DNA from: Candidatus Cryptobacteroides sp.
Lineage (GTDB): Bacteria; Bacteroidota; Bacteroidia; Bacteroidales; UBA932
Reading direction: 5' to 3'
DNA: 64,000 nucleotides
Assembly (NCBI GenBank): GCA_051870395.1
Contig: JBJEBV010000102.1
Location: forward strand, 17,271-81,270
The notes beneath the pieces are model-generated. The model was not told the DNA's origin. It searched no databases and saw nothing but the letters and a program-made list of their open reading frames with translations. Shown piece after piece: positions 18,868 to 28,045 of the stretch. Position numbers and translations under genes: made by a program. The stretch's first letter is position 1, and every line of letters starts with the position of its first letter.

Positions 18868-21543
18868 ATGAACTTAAAGATCAGAAGTATTGTATCGCTT
18901 CTCCTCGCATCCATGTTCATTATCCCTTCTTGTCAGGAAGAGGAAGTGAATCCTTACATGCGGCGCGACACTGATGCGGTCAATATCGGTTACAATGAAG
19001 GATCTACCGCAACGGTGACTGTCCGCTATCCGGGACAGTGGTATGCGGTGTCTGACGTGGATTGGCTCTCCGTCAGTCCTGATATCAATTCTCCTGCTGT
19101 AGGAAACGGAACAGATTTCCAGACAGTTACAATTACGGCATCAAGAAATACCGGGGATGTCAGGAAGGGAGATATCCGCATTCTCGCTTCCAACGGCGGT
19201 TTCGACCTTGGTGTCACTGTAACGCAGGCCGAAGGAAAGACCTCCCTCGGAACACCTGAAGTTTCCGGCAATCTCTACAGGGATGAGGTCGCCGCAGCAT
19301 CCATTGTTGTAAAGTATGCCAAAGCCAAAGGCGGAGAAAAGGTTGAGATTTCAGCATCAGTCACAGGTGATGCGGGACTTACAATTGCTTCATTGACGGA
19401 GAAGACGATTGAGTCTGCCGGCGACGGTTCCGTGAGCGTGCCGATAAAGGGTACACCTTCCACTTTCGGCGAGATCCAGATTCCTGTGACAGTGAAACTT
19501 GACGGAGTCGAGATGTACAACGGTACATTGAAGGCCAATGTCCTCTCTCCTGACATTGTCTTCATCCAGACTTTCGACAAGATGATTTTCGGTGCCAATT
19601 ACGCTACAAACGAAAAAGGTATAGGCGTCGAGGGCAAGCAGACCTATTATTGGAATGCACCCGAGGATCTCTGGGCACCGATGGAGAAGGGTGACCAGGA
19701 CGGTACATACGATGTTTTCGGAGATTCCAATACTTCCTGGGCAGCTTACGACATCCAGGGATACAGGAAAGATCGTGGTATTGACGGCTGGGAGGGCGTA
19801 CGTGTTTATGAACACCCGGGCTACATCAAGGTCGGTACGGGTTCCAACTTCGGAAGGTTCAAGCTTCCTGCCCTCTCGAAACTCAACGGCACCACTACTG
19901 TGACTTTGACAATGAAGCTTCTCCGCTTCGACAATACGACCGGAAACATTGTCATTTCTACAGAGGAGGGCGGAAATGTCCTCGGAGGCACGCTCACCGC
20001 TGACAATTTCCCTGCGCAGTCGAGTGCTGCGGAAAGGAAGTGGACTGTCAAGAGTTTCCTCATCGAGGATGCTACACCGAAGACACGGATTATTGTATCC
20101 ACCGAAACCTCGCCGGATCTTGCAAAGACCAGATTCAATGTGGACAGCATCGTGGTTTCAACATCTGTCAAGAAACTCACCGAGCAGCTCGCATACGTGG
20201 ATCCTGAAACTATGGAAGTCATTCCGGGAACCAACGGATTTGACATTACCTGGCCGGCCGTGGCCAATGCTGATGCTTACCAGCTGGTACTCTATCTGGA
20301 TTCCAACAAGAACTTCAAGTATTCTGTCGAGACTGAGGCTAACAAGTTCAGTTTCAAGAATATACCTGGTGGCGCATATACATTGGAAATCACAGCCATC
20401 AGCTACTCCCAGCCTGAGTTCAACTCCGAGACCAAACTTAAGAAGATTGTGACAGAGGGCGGCGAAGAGTCCAAACTCAGTGTGGAAATAGGCTTCGTGA
20501 CGGAGTCCCAGTACGGTATCAGATGGAGTGTTTCTGATTTCAAGGATTTCGATACAGACGTCGCTACCAACTACAGGCTCGAGACCTGGAAGGATGCGGC
20601 CTGCACGCAGCTTCACTCAGCCCACGTATTCTCTGCCAACAATGCCATTTTCTCACATACCAGGAACATTCCTTACAAGGTCAGTCCTCAGTTTATGGTA
20701 TCAGGTCTCGAAAGCGGAAGGGACTACTGGGTCAAGGTCATTGCACCTGAGTATTCCATGGAGACTGTGGTGAAGGTGACTTTGCCTGCCTCCAAGGTGG
20801 TCACGATGCCTTCGACCACTGCCGCTGCCGGTGATGTGATTCTCTATGAGGACTTCAGCGAGTGGCCGTTCGGCGGTGGTTGCGTTCAGGGATATTCGGG
20901 ATGGTCTCTCAAGTCTACAGGTACCAAGACGGATCTTTATGCTGCTCTTGGAGAGGATCCTATCGGCACAAGCGGCGGAGTCTTGGATTATTTCACCCCA
21001 GAGAAACACTCGGGTCTCTTCAATACATTCAAGTGGCATGTGACTGAGACAAGGCTCGCTACTTGGGGCGCTTATCCGGAAAGTAACAAGGAAGGTGCAA
21101 TATGTATGGCCGGAGGCCAGGTGAAGATTGGAGCAAGTTCCAAGGCCGGACAGATTGTGACACCTGCAATCACCTGTCTCTCTGGACCTGCCGAAATCGA
21201 GGTTTCCTTCGATATGTCTCCATATATGGACCCGAGCGAGGAAAGTTATCCTTACAAATACGACCAGGCTGATGCAATTGTCCAGGTGTTCAAGAACTCC
21301 ACCCGTGTCAATGAGTCAAAGTATATCAATCACGAGACAGGCACCGCTTCTGAGGAGCAGGTACACAGGTTCACCCTTCCTACCGCCTCAGACGCCGACT
21401 ACAAGTGGGTGAGATATACCTACAACGTGACCGTTGAGAACGGTGATGCCATCGGCGTCGGATCATACAGGAACGGAACTGACACCAACCAGCGCCGTCT
21501 CTATGTGGACAACATCCAACTCAAGGTTCTGAAGTATCTCTAA
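18868..21543 (+). CDS. Large surface lipoprotein with BACON-like N-domain, FN3-like region and two uncharacterised beta-rich modules
   Basis: Lipobox IIPSC-QEEE with acidic export signal; WYAVSDVDWLSVSP...NTGDVRKGDI...VTVTQ BACON pattern; WPAVANADAY FN3-like; start reassigned to ATG 18868. Confidence 0.8.
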   Translation: MNLKIRSIVSLLLASMFIIPSCQEEEVNPYMRRDTDAVNIGYNEGSTATVTVRYPGQWYAVSDVDWLSVSPDINSPAVGNGTDFQTVTITASRNTGDVRKGDIRILASNGGFDLGVTVTQAEGKTSLGTPEVSGNLYRDEVAAASIVVKYAKAKGGEKVEISASVTGDAGLTIASLTEKTIESAGDGSVSVPIKGTPSTFGEIQIPVTVKLDGVEMYNGTLKANVLSPDIVFIQTFDKMIFGANYATNEKGIGVEGKQTYYWNAPEDLWAPMEKGDQDGTYDVFGDSNTSWAAYDIQGYRKDRGIDGWEGVRVYEHPGYIKVGTGSNFGRFKLPALSKLNGTTTVTLTMKLLRFDNTTGNIVISTEEGGNVLGGTLTADNFPAQSSAAERKWTVKSFLIEDATPKTRIIVSTETSPDLAKTRFNVDSIVVSTSVKKLTEQLAYVDPETMEVIPGTNGFDITWPAVANADAYQLVLYLDSNKNFKYSVETEANKFSFKNIPGGAYTLEITAISYSQPEFNSETKLKKIVTEGGEESKLSVEIGFVTESQYGIRWSVSDFKDFDTDVATNYRLETWKDAACTQLHSAHVFSANNAIFSHTRNIPYKVSPQFMVSGLESGRDYWVKVIAPEYSMETVVKVTLPASKVVTMPSTTAAAGDVILYEDFSEWPFGGGCVQGYSGWSLKSTGTKTDLYAALGEDPIGTSGGVLDYFTPEKHSGLFNTFKWHVTETRLATWGAYPESNKEGAICMAGGQVKIGASSKAGQIVTPAITCLSGPAEIEVSFDMSPYMDPSEESYPYKYDQADAIVQVFKNSTRVNESKYINHETGTASEEQVHRFTLPTASDADYKWVRYTYNVTVENGDAIGVGSYRNGTDTNQRRLYVDNIQLKVLKYL

Positions 21544-21559
21544 ACCTATGATATTCAAT

Positions 21560-21595
21560 AAGGGAGGGCGACTGAACGGTTGCCCTCCCTTTTAT
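21560..21595. terminator. Terminator between the convergent lipoprotein gene and miaA
   Basis: AAGGGAGGGCGACT-gaac-GGTTGCCCTCCCTT followed by a T-rich run. Confidence 0.85.
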
Positions 21596-22452
21596 ATTTC
21601 CACCCACTTGACAGCGGGGTCCCGCTTCCACCAGGTGAGTTGCTTCTTGGCATAATGCCTGGTGTTCCGCTGTATAAGGCGGATGGCCTCTTCCAGGGGA
21701 ATGTTGCCGTCCAGGAAGTCGAAGATTTCCTTGTAGCCTACCGTGCGAAGGGCCGGAAGGTCCCGGTAAGCGGAAAGCGAGCGGACCTCATCGACCAGGC
21801 CTTCGTCGACCATTTCCAGTACCCTGCGGTCAATGCGTCCGTAGAGTTCCTCCCTGGGTCTCGTCAGGCAAATCTTTTCAATGTCGAAAGAGCGGGACTT
21901 GGGCTCCGTGAGTTTGAAGGACACGAACGGCTTGCCGGTCTGGAGAAACACTTCAATGGCCCGGACTACGCGGTGACCGTTGCGGATGTCTATGGCGGCC
22001 CAGCTCACCGGGTCAAGACGTCTCAGTTCCTCGGAAAGGGACTCCACTCCCTCCTCCGCAAGTCTTGCCGTCAGTTCAGCCCTTCTGGCCGGGTCGGCAT
22101 CCGGGAGAGCATCCAGGCCATGACATATCGCATCCACGTAAAAACCTGAACCTCCGGACATTACCAGCACCTCGCGGCCCTCATTGAAAAGACTTTCTAT
22201 AAGAGGAATGGCCTCGATTTCATAATCTCCGGCAGTGTAATTCTCAGTGACTGAACGGCATTGAATAAAATAATGCTTCACTGCGGCAAGCTGTGAAGCA
22301 TCCGGGACGGCGGTCCCTATTGACATTTCCCTGTATATCTGCCTGGAATCGCAGCTAATTACGGGTGAACCGTACTTCGCGGCGAGACTGATGCTGTAGT
22401 CAGTCTTTCCCACGGCGGTAGGCCCTGTGACAATTATGAGCTTCCTCTTCAT
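21592..22452 (-). CDS. miaA: tRNA dimethylallyltransferase
   Basis: GPTAVGKT, DSRQIY, TVGYKE, TRHYAKKQLTW. Confidence 0.97.
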   Translation of the reverse strand: MKRKLIIVTGPTAVGKTDYSISLAAKYGSPVISCDSRQIYREMSIGTAVPDASQLAAVKHYFIQCRSVTENYTAGDYEIEAIPLIESLFNEGREVLVMSGGSGFYVDAICHGLDALPDADPARRAELTARLAEEGVESLSEELRRLDPVSWAAIDIRNGHRVVRAIEVFLQTGKPFVSFKLTEPKSRSFDIEKICLTRPREELYGRIDRRVLEMVDEGLVDEVRSLSAYRDLPALRTVGYKEIFDFLDGNIPLEEAIRLIQRNTRHYAKKQLTWWKRDPAVKWVEI

Positions 22453-22475
22453 CCTGCGGACCGGGGCAGGCGTGG

Positions 22476-23090
22476 CTAAAGAGTCAGGTCCTCTGAACCG
22501 TCGAAGATGATATCCTCCTCGTCATCATCCATGACATTGTCCTTTACATCGTCATCATCGTCGTCATCATCGTCCTCGAGGTCAATGTCGCCCAGGTCGT
22601 CGTCATCCCCGTCCGCAGCAGAATCCTTGCCCCATCCCGAGTTCTCTCCCGGGAGATGCTTCTGCTCGTCCGGAAGATCCTCATAGGCCACATAACCATT
22701 CTCGAAAGCCTCCGGATCCGGTCCCTTGACTTCCACCAAAGCCGGATAAACGCGGCCCGGTACAGGCTCGACCTCACCCTCGTATGTCACAATTACACTC
22801 TTCCTGTCCGTAACATTGTAGAAATAACAGAATGAAGCGATTCCTTTCTTCACGGTGTCCGCCACGGTCACTTCGTCGGCGGCTCCGGCACCAAGGTCGA
22901 ACATTCCGTATCGTGCGACCAGTTCCCCATCCTCGTCAAGGCCCTTGAACTGGATAAGCTGGTCGTGAGGGAAGTTCATATCGTCCCTCATCATCTTGTG
23001 AAACTCATAGAGCGTAGTCGTGGACTTGAGTTCATAAACACGTGCAAAACCCTTTATTCCCGGCAGGGATACTCTGAATCTGAGAATCAT
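22476..23090 (-). CDS. pRiA4b ORF-3-like conserved protein with Asp-rich C-terminal tail
   Basis: MILRFRVSL...YELKSTTTLYEFH...FCYFYN resembles the Bacteroidota pRiA4b ORF-3-like family; poly-Asp tail; start reassigned to ATG 23090. Confidence 0.55.
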   Translation of the reverse strand: MILRFRVSLPGIKGFARVYELKSTTTLYEFHKMMRDDMNFPHDQLIQFKGLDEDGELVARYGMFDLGAGAADEVTVADTVKKGIASFCYFYNVTDRKSVIVTYEGEVEPVPGRVYPALVEVKGPDPEAFENGYVAYEDLPDEQKHLPGENSGWGKDSAADGDDDDLGDIDLEDDDDDDDDDVKDNVMDDDEEDIIFDGSEDLTL

Positions 23091-23208
23091 ATTCTTTGAT
23101 AAGCTAGTTTTTGTGGAGTCAAGTCGCCGACTCCATTTTGCAAATGCAAATTTACAAAATATTTCTTTTCCATTGCATAATATCGAGGTTTTAACTAATT
23201 TTGAACTT

Positions 23209-23841
23209 ATGGAAGACGGAGTATCGCAGATTATTGATACATACAGAAGCATCTCCGGCCCGTCCGAAGGCCTTTTCAAGGACAACGGAAGCCGCTTCAT
23301 AGCCCTTGCCTACCCGGTAGAGACCGAGGCTGAGGTCAGGGACATTGTCACCTCCCTCAAGAAAGAATACCACGACGCACGCCATCATTGCTATGCATAC
23401 AGAATAGGCTGGAAGGGCGAATTGTTCCGTGCCAATGACGATGGCGAACCTTCTTCTTCCGCCGGACGCCCAATCCTGGGACAGATTGATTCCAATGGCC
23501 TCAGCGACATTCTCATAGTGGTAGTGAGATATTTTGGCGGCATCAAACTGGGCATCCCTGGCCTTATCCGCGCCTACAAGACCTCTTCGGCGGACGCAAT
23601 TGCCAATGCTGGAATAGTGACCAAGATTGCCTCAAGACGCTATTCACTGAGTTTCGGATATATGGAGATGAACGATGTGATGAAGATGGTCAAGGATATG
23701 GGCCTGGAGCAGAAGGGACAGGACTTCGGGGCTGAATGCCGTCTCGACCTCGCTGTAAGGTTTTCGGCGGAGAAGGCTTTTCTCGAAAGGGTGTCGAAGA
23801 TAGCGGGATGCTCACTGGCCGGTAATGAAAACGATGAATGA
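23209..23841 (+). CDS. yigZ: YigZ/IMPACT family protein
   Basis: SRFIA, ARHHCYAY, DDGEPSSSAGRPIL, VVRYFGGIKLG; start reassigned to ATG 23209. Confidence 0.92.
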   Translation: MEDGVSQIIDTYRSISGPSEGLFKDNGSRFIALAYPVETEAEVRDIVTSLKKEYHDARHHCYAYRIGWKGELFRANDDGEPSSSAGRPILGQIDSNGLSDILIVVVRYFGGIKLGIPGLIRAYKTSSADAIANAGIVTKIASRRYSLSFGYMEMNDVMKMVKDMGLEQKGQDFGAECRLDLAVRFSAEKAFLERVSKIAGCSLAGNENDE

Positions 23842-23862
23842 AAACTTACAATTATAGTTATT

Positions 23863-24768
23863 ATGCCTAAGAGTCTAATTTCAATCAAGGATTTCACGAA
23901 GGATGAGATTCTGCACATTCTTGATGTGGCAAGGGAGTTCGAGCAGAACAGGGAACAGAATTTCCTTGCCGGCAAGGTCATAGCCTGCCTTTTCTTCGAA
24001 CCGTCCACCAGGACGCGACTTTCGTTTGAGGCTGCTGTCAACCGTCTGGGAGCCAGGGTAATAGGATTTCCTGACGCCAAGAATACCAGCGTTTCCAAGG
24101 GGGAAACCCTTGAGGACACCATCAAAATCGTCTCCAATTATGTGGATATGATTGTGATGCGTCATCCTGTAGAGGGTGCTGCCGCCATTGCGGCCGGAGT
24201 GTCCCCGGTACCTGTGGTCAATGCGGGTGACGGCTCCAACCAGCACCCTACCCAGACTCTTCTGGATATGTACACTATCCGCCAGACTCAAGGCACTCTC
24301 GACGGTCTCACCATCAATATGGTAGGCGACCTGAAATACGGCAGGACAGTCCATTCCCTTTCCGAGGCAATGTCGGATTTTGACTCCCGTTTCATTTTTA
24401 CCGCCCCGGAGGAACTGAGAATGCCTTCCAAATATCTGAGATTCCTTGACTCGAAGAATATCCCGTATGAGGAGACAGAGTCCCTGGAGGAGCATATCAA
24501 TGACTGCGACATCCTGTATATGACAAGAGTCCAGCAGGAGAGATTCCCTGACAAGGCGGACTATGAAAGAGTCAAGGACGTGTACGAACTGACGGCCGAT
24601 ATGCTCACGGGCGTGAAGCCGAACATGAGGATTCTCCACCCTCTCCCGAGAGTCACCGAAATTGCCACTGACGTTGATACCACACCTTACGCCTATTATT
24701 TCGAGCAGGCGCGCAACGGAATGTATGTCCGCATGGCAGTTATTTCCTATCTACTAGGATACAGATAG
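23863..24768 (+). CDS. pyrB: Aspartate carbamoyltransferase catalytic subunit
   Basis: [37 protein letters not shown]. Confidence 0.97.
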   Translation: MPKSLISIKDFTKDEILHILDVAREFEQNREQNFLAGKVIACLFFEPSTRTRLSFEAAVNRLGARVIGFPDAKNTSVSKGETLEDTIKIVSNYVDMIVMRHPVEGAAAIAAGVSPVPVVNAGDGSNQHPTQTLLDMYTIRQTQGTLDGLTINMVGDLKYGRTVHSLSEAMSDFDSRFIFTAPEELRMPSKYLRFLDSKNIPYEETESLEEHINDCDILYMTRVQQERFPDKADYERVKDVYELTADMLTGVKPNMRILHPLPRVTEIATDVDTTPYAYYFEQARNGMYVRMAVISYLLGYR

Positions 24769-24775
24769 CCGGAGT

Positions 24776-24831
24776 TTTGGTTTATTGACGGAATAATCGT
24801 AAATTTGCTTTCGTTTCGAAAGTTTCGAAAG
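24776..24831 (+). promoter_or_regulatory. glpT promoter with operator-like repeat at the transcription start
   Basis: TTTG(24776-79)-N20-TAAATTTG(24800-07) immediately followed by CTTTCGTTTCGAAAGTTTCGAAAG. Confidence 0.7.
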
Positions 24832-24855
24832 AAAAATAACCAAAAAACTAGAATA

Positions 24856-26277
24856 ATGGCCAGATTTTTTGATCCGCCTGCACAGAAGCCGCTGCTTCCG
24901 TCAGAGAAAATTCCGAAGGTTTACAACTCAATGAGATGGAAGGTCTTCCTTGGGGCCTTCCTCGGCTATGCCGGTTATTATCTAGTCCGCAAGAATCTCT
25001 CATTAGCAGCACCGGGAATGATAGAGAACGGGCTTCTCGACAAGGCTGGAATAGGTATTGCAATGTCCGCAGTGTCAATTGCCTATGCTTTCAGCAAGTT
25101 CATAATGGGCAGCATTTCGGACCGCTCGGATGCGAGGAAATTCCTCGTTGTCGGTCTCGTGCTATCCGCATTGATGATGATTATCACAGGCGTCATTCCT
25201 TACAGCCCTGCCACGCCGATGCTCAATATAGCCATCGTATTCGTATTGATGCTTGTAGTGGGATGGCTCTCGGGTATGGGCTGGCCTCCTTGCGGACGAA
25301 TAATGGCCCACTGGTTCAGCCAGAATGAGAGAAGTTTCAAGATGTCCGTATGGAACACTTCCCACACATTCGGAAGCGGTTCCCTCGGCCTTCTTGCTAC
25401 TGCCGGAATGTCATTGATCGTGTTTGCGGGAATGCCTGCATCCGCATCCTGGAGGGGAGCCTTCATTCTCCCGGCCGTAGTGGCACTCATCATTGCAGCA
25501 GTATGCTGGTGGCTTATCAGGGATACGCCACAGTCCTGCGGACTCCCCTCCATCAATGAGTACAGGAACGACTATTCAGGAGTGAAGTCCAAGGTCAAGG
25601 ATACCGAGAAGATTCCTTTCAAGACCCTCTTCGTTGACTATATTTTCAAGAACAAACTCCTCTGGGTCATCGCCTTCGCCAATGCCTTCGTATATATGGT
25701 ACGCTATGGCGTGGGTGACTGGGCGCCGATTTATCTCCAGGAGTCCGGCCTGATGTCAGCCGAGCAGAGCAATCTCGCATTCTCTCTCCATAACTACGCC
25801 GGCATTTTCGGAACCATCATTTGCGGATGGATTTCCGCACGATTCTTCAAGGGAAGATGCACCCCTCCGAACGTGATTTTCATGAGCCTTGTCCTCATCG
25901 GGACATTGATTTACTGGCAGGCAGGGAACATCGCTGGAATGTTTGCGGAAGTGGGCAGCGCAGCTTATCTCTCAATGGCCAAGGGCCTGATATTCTTCGC
26001 ATTGATTCTTGTGGGATTCTGCATCTACGGCCCTGTCGCAATGATTGGTATCCAGGCACTTAACCTGGTTCCGAAGAATGCGGCAGGTACGGCGGCGGGC
26101 TTCGTCGGCCTCTTCGGATACCTCTTCGGAGATGCGATTCTTTCCAAGATTCTCATGGGCGGAGTTGCCCAGCACGCAGGCTGGCAAGCTACATTCCTTA
26201 TGCTCGCAGTGGCCAGCGGCCTCGCCGTGCTTCTCTGCGCATTGACCTGGAAATCAGAAAAGACAGTAACAGAATGA
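24856..26277 (+). CDS. glpT: Glycerol-3-phosphate transporter (MFS, OPA family)
   Basis: GYAGYYLVRKN, YAFSKFIMGSISDRS, GMGWPPCGR, WFSQNER, YMVRYG, AAGTAAGFVGLFGYL; start ATG 24856. Confidence 0.9.
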   Translation: MARFFDPPAQKPLLPSEKIPKVYNSMRWKVFLGAFLGYAGYYLVRKNLSLAAPGMIENGLLDKAGIGIAMSAVSIAYAFSKFIMGSISDRSDARKFLVVGLVLSALMMIITGVIPYSPATPMLNIAIVFVLMLVVGWLSGMGWPPCGRIMAHWFSQNERSFKMSVWNTSHTFGSGSLGLLATAGMSLIVFAGMPASASWRGAFILPAVVALIIAAVCWWLIRDTPQSCGLPSINEYRNDYSGVKSKVKDTEKIPFKTLFVDYIFKNKLLWVIAFANAFVYMVRYGVGDWAPIYLQESGLMSAEQSNLAFSLHNYAGIFGTIICGWISARFFKGRCTPPNVIFMSLVLIGTLIYWQAGNIAGMFAEVGSAAYLSMAKGLIFFALILVGFCIYGPVAMIGIQALNLVPKNAAGTAAGFVGLFGYLFGDAILSKILMGGVAQHAGWQATFLMLAVASGLAVLLCALTWKSEKTVTE

Positions 26278-26281
26278 AATT

Positions 26282-26938
26282 ATGGAAATAGGAACCAACA
26301 AAGTGGTCGAGTTGAGCTATGAGCTTGAGGTTGACGGAAATATTGTGGACAGGGCGGGGGAGGAAAGACCGCTTGACTACATCCACGGGACGAAAATGCT
26401 GCTGCCGAAGTTCGAGAGCGAACTTGAGGGCAAGACGGCGGGCGATGAGTTCGCATTTACATTGAGCCCGGAGGAGGGATATGGCGAATATGACCCTAAA
26501 TTGGTCATTGAACTGCCTGAGACAGCATTCACCATCAATGGGGAGGTGCAGAGGCAGGTGCTTTTCGTGGGCAATATGATTCCTATGCTCAACTCTGCCG
26601 GAATGGTGGAGAAAGGAGTCGTGAAGGAACTCCGAGACGGCATCGTGGTGATGGACTTCAATCACCAGATGGCCGGCAAGACATTGAATTTCAAGGGTAA
26701 AGTCATCTCCGTAAGGGAGGCTACCGAGAAGGAACTTACAGAAGGCCTGCACGGGGAGTATCTTCCTCACGATTGCCATTGCTCCGGAGGCTGCCACGGA
26801 GGCTGTCACGGAGAAGAAGGCTGCGGCTGTGGCGAGGATGGCTGCGGTGACGGCTGCGACTGCCATCACGGGGAAGGCCACGAGGGCTGCGGATGCCACG
26901 GAGAGGGCCACGAGGGCTGCTGCCATCACGACAATTAA
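26282..26938 (+). CDS. slyD: FKBP-type peptidyl-prolyl isomerase SlyD with His/Cys-rich tail
   Basis: PLDYIHG, PEEGYGE, DFNHQMAGKTLNF, VREAT, followed by GCHG/GHEG repeats. Confidence 0.92.
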   Translation: MEIGTNKVVELSYELEVDGNIVDRAGEERPLDYIHGTKMLLPKFESELEGKTAGDEFAFTLSPEEGYGEYDPKLVIELPETAFTINGEVQRQVLFVGNMIPMLNSAGMVEKGVVKELRDGIVVMDFNHQMAGKTLNFKGKVISVREATEKELTEGLHGEYLPHDCHCSGGCHGGCHGEEGCGCGEDGCGDGCDCHHGEGHEGCGCHGEGHEGCCHHDN

Positions 26939-26944
26939 GCGGCA

Positions 26945-28045
26945 ATGCATACCGCCATTGCCATATTGAACTGGAATACAGTCGATTATCTCAGACGATT
27001 CCTGCCTCCGCTGATAGCATCGACGGAGGGGGAGGACGCTGAGATAATTGTCATTGACAATGCTTCCACTGACGGCTCGATGGAGATGATGGAGAAGGAG
27101 TTTCCTGATATCAGAACCATCAGGCTTGACAGGAATTATGGCTTTACAGGCGGTTATGACAGGGGACTGGAGCCGGTCGATGCAGACTGCTTCATCCTGC
27201 TGAATACTGATGTGGAGGTGCCTGTGGACTGGCTCGGCCCGATTCTCAGGACAATGGAGAACTGCCCGGAAGTGGGAGCCTGCGCCCCGAAGATAATGTC
27301 CTGGCATAACAGGAAGTCATTCGAGTATGCTGGAGCAGCCGGGGGCTACATTGACAGTCTCGGATTTCCGTTCTGCAGAGGGCGTGTGCCCGGCAAGGTG
27401 GAGAAGGACGAGGGCCAATATGACAATGCCCCACGGGATGTGATGTGGGCCAGCGGAGCCTGCCTTGCCGTGAGAAGCGGGCTGTTCCGCAAGTTGGGAG
27501 GCCTGGATGACCGCTTTTTCGCCCACATGGAGGAAATCGACTTCTGCTGGAGGCTCCAACTGGAGGGATATGCTGTAAGAATAGTGCCCGAATCCAAGGT
27601 CTGGCACATTGGAGGAGGAACATTGCCCCAGACATCACCGAGGAAACTGAAGTTCAATTTCCGGAATAACCTGCTGATGCTTCAGAACAATCTGGCCCGC
27701 ACCTTTGCCATCAGGCTGCTCAATTCCGGACTGGAACCTGCCGTGGCTGCACGAAAGGCCTGCAGGAAGGCTCGCAGGAGAATATTTCTCAGGATGATGG
27801 TGGACGGGGCCGCCGCATTGGCATATCTGTTGAGGGCTGATATTGCTTCGTCCAGGGCAGTGGTCGAGGCTCATTCTGAGTTCAGGAAACTTGGGAATTG
27901 GCCTTCGGCAGAGGAAGTTGAGACGTTCGCAGCTGGCCATCCGGATTCGGCAGTAAGGGGAATAATGCCCGGAAGCATTGTCCTGAAGACATTGGTTTAC
28001 GGGAAGAATATATTTTCAAAGCTTCGCTATGCAGATTATCATTGA
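26945..28045 (+). CDS. GT2 family glycosyltransferase
   Basis: ILNWN, IDNASTDGS, LLNTD, WASGAC, FFAHMEEIDFCWR. Confidence 0.92.
   Translation: MHTAIAILNWNTVDYLRRFLPPLIASTEGEDAEIIVIDNASTDGSMEMMEKEFPDIRTIRLDRNYGFTGGYDRGLEPVDADCFILLNTDVEVPVDWLGPILRTMENCPEVGACAPKIMSWHNRKSFEYAGAAGGYIDSLGFPFCRGRVPGKVEKDEGQYDNAPRDVMWASGACLAVRSGLFRKLGGLDDRFFAHMEEIDFCWRLQLEGYAVRIVPESKVWHIGGGTLPQTSPRKLKFNFRNNLLMLQNNLARTFAIRLLNSGLEPAVAARKACRKARRRIFLRMMVDGAAALAYLLRADIASSRAVVEAHSEFRKLGNWPSAEEVETFAAGHPDSAVRGIMPGSIVLKTLVYGKNIFSKLRYADYH

Noticed and set aside
23090-23300. Apparent head-to-head overlap of ORFs 22476..23300 and 23113..23841
   Set aside because: Artefact of extended starts; ATG 23090 and ATG 23209 leave a normal divergent promoter gap
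26198-27307. 369-aa minus-strand ORF
   Set aside because: Antisense shadow of slyD and the GT2 gene; the Ala/Val-rich stretch mirrors the SlyD tail codons
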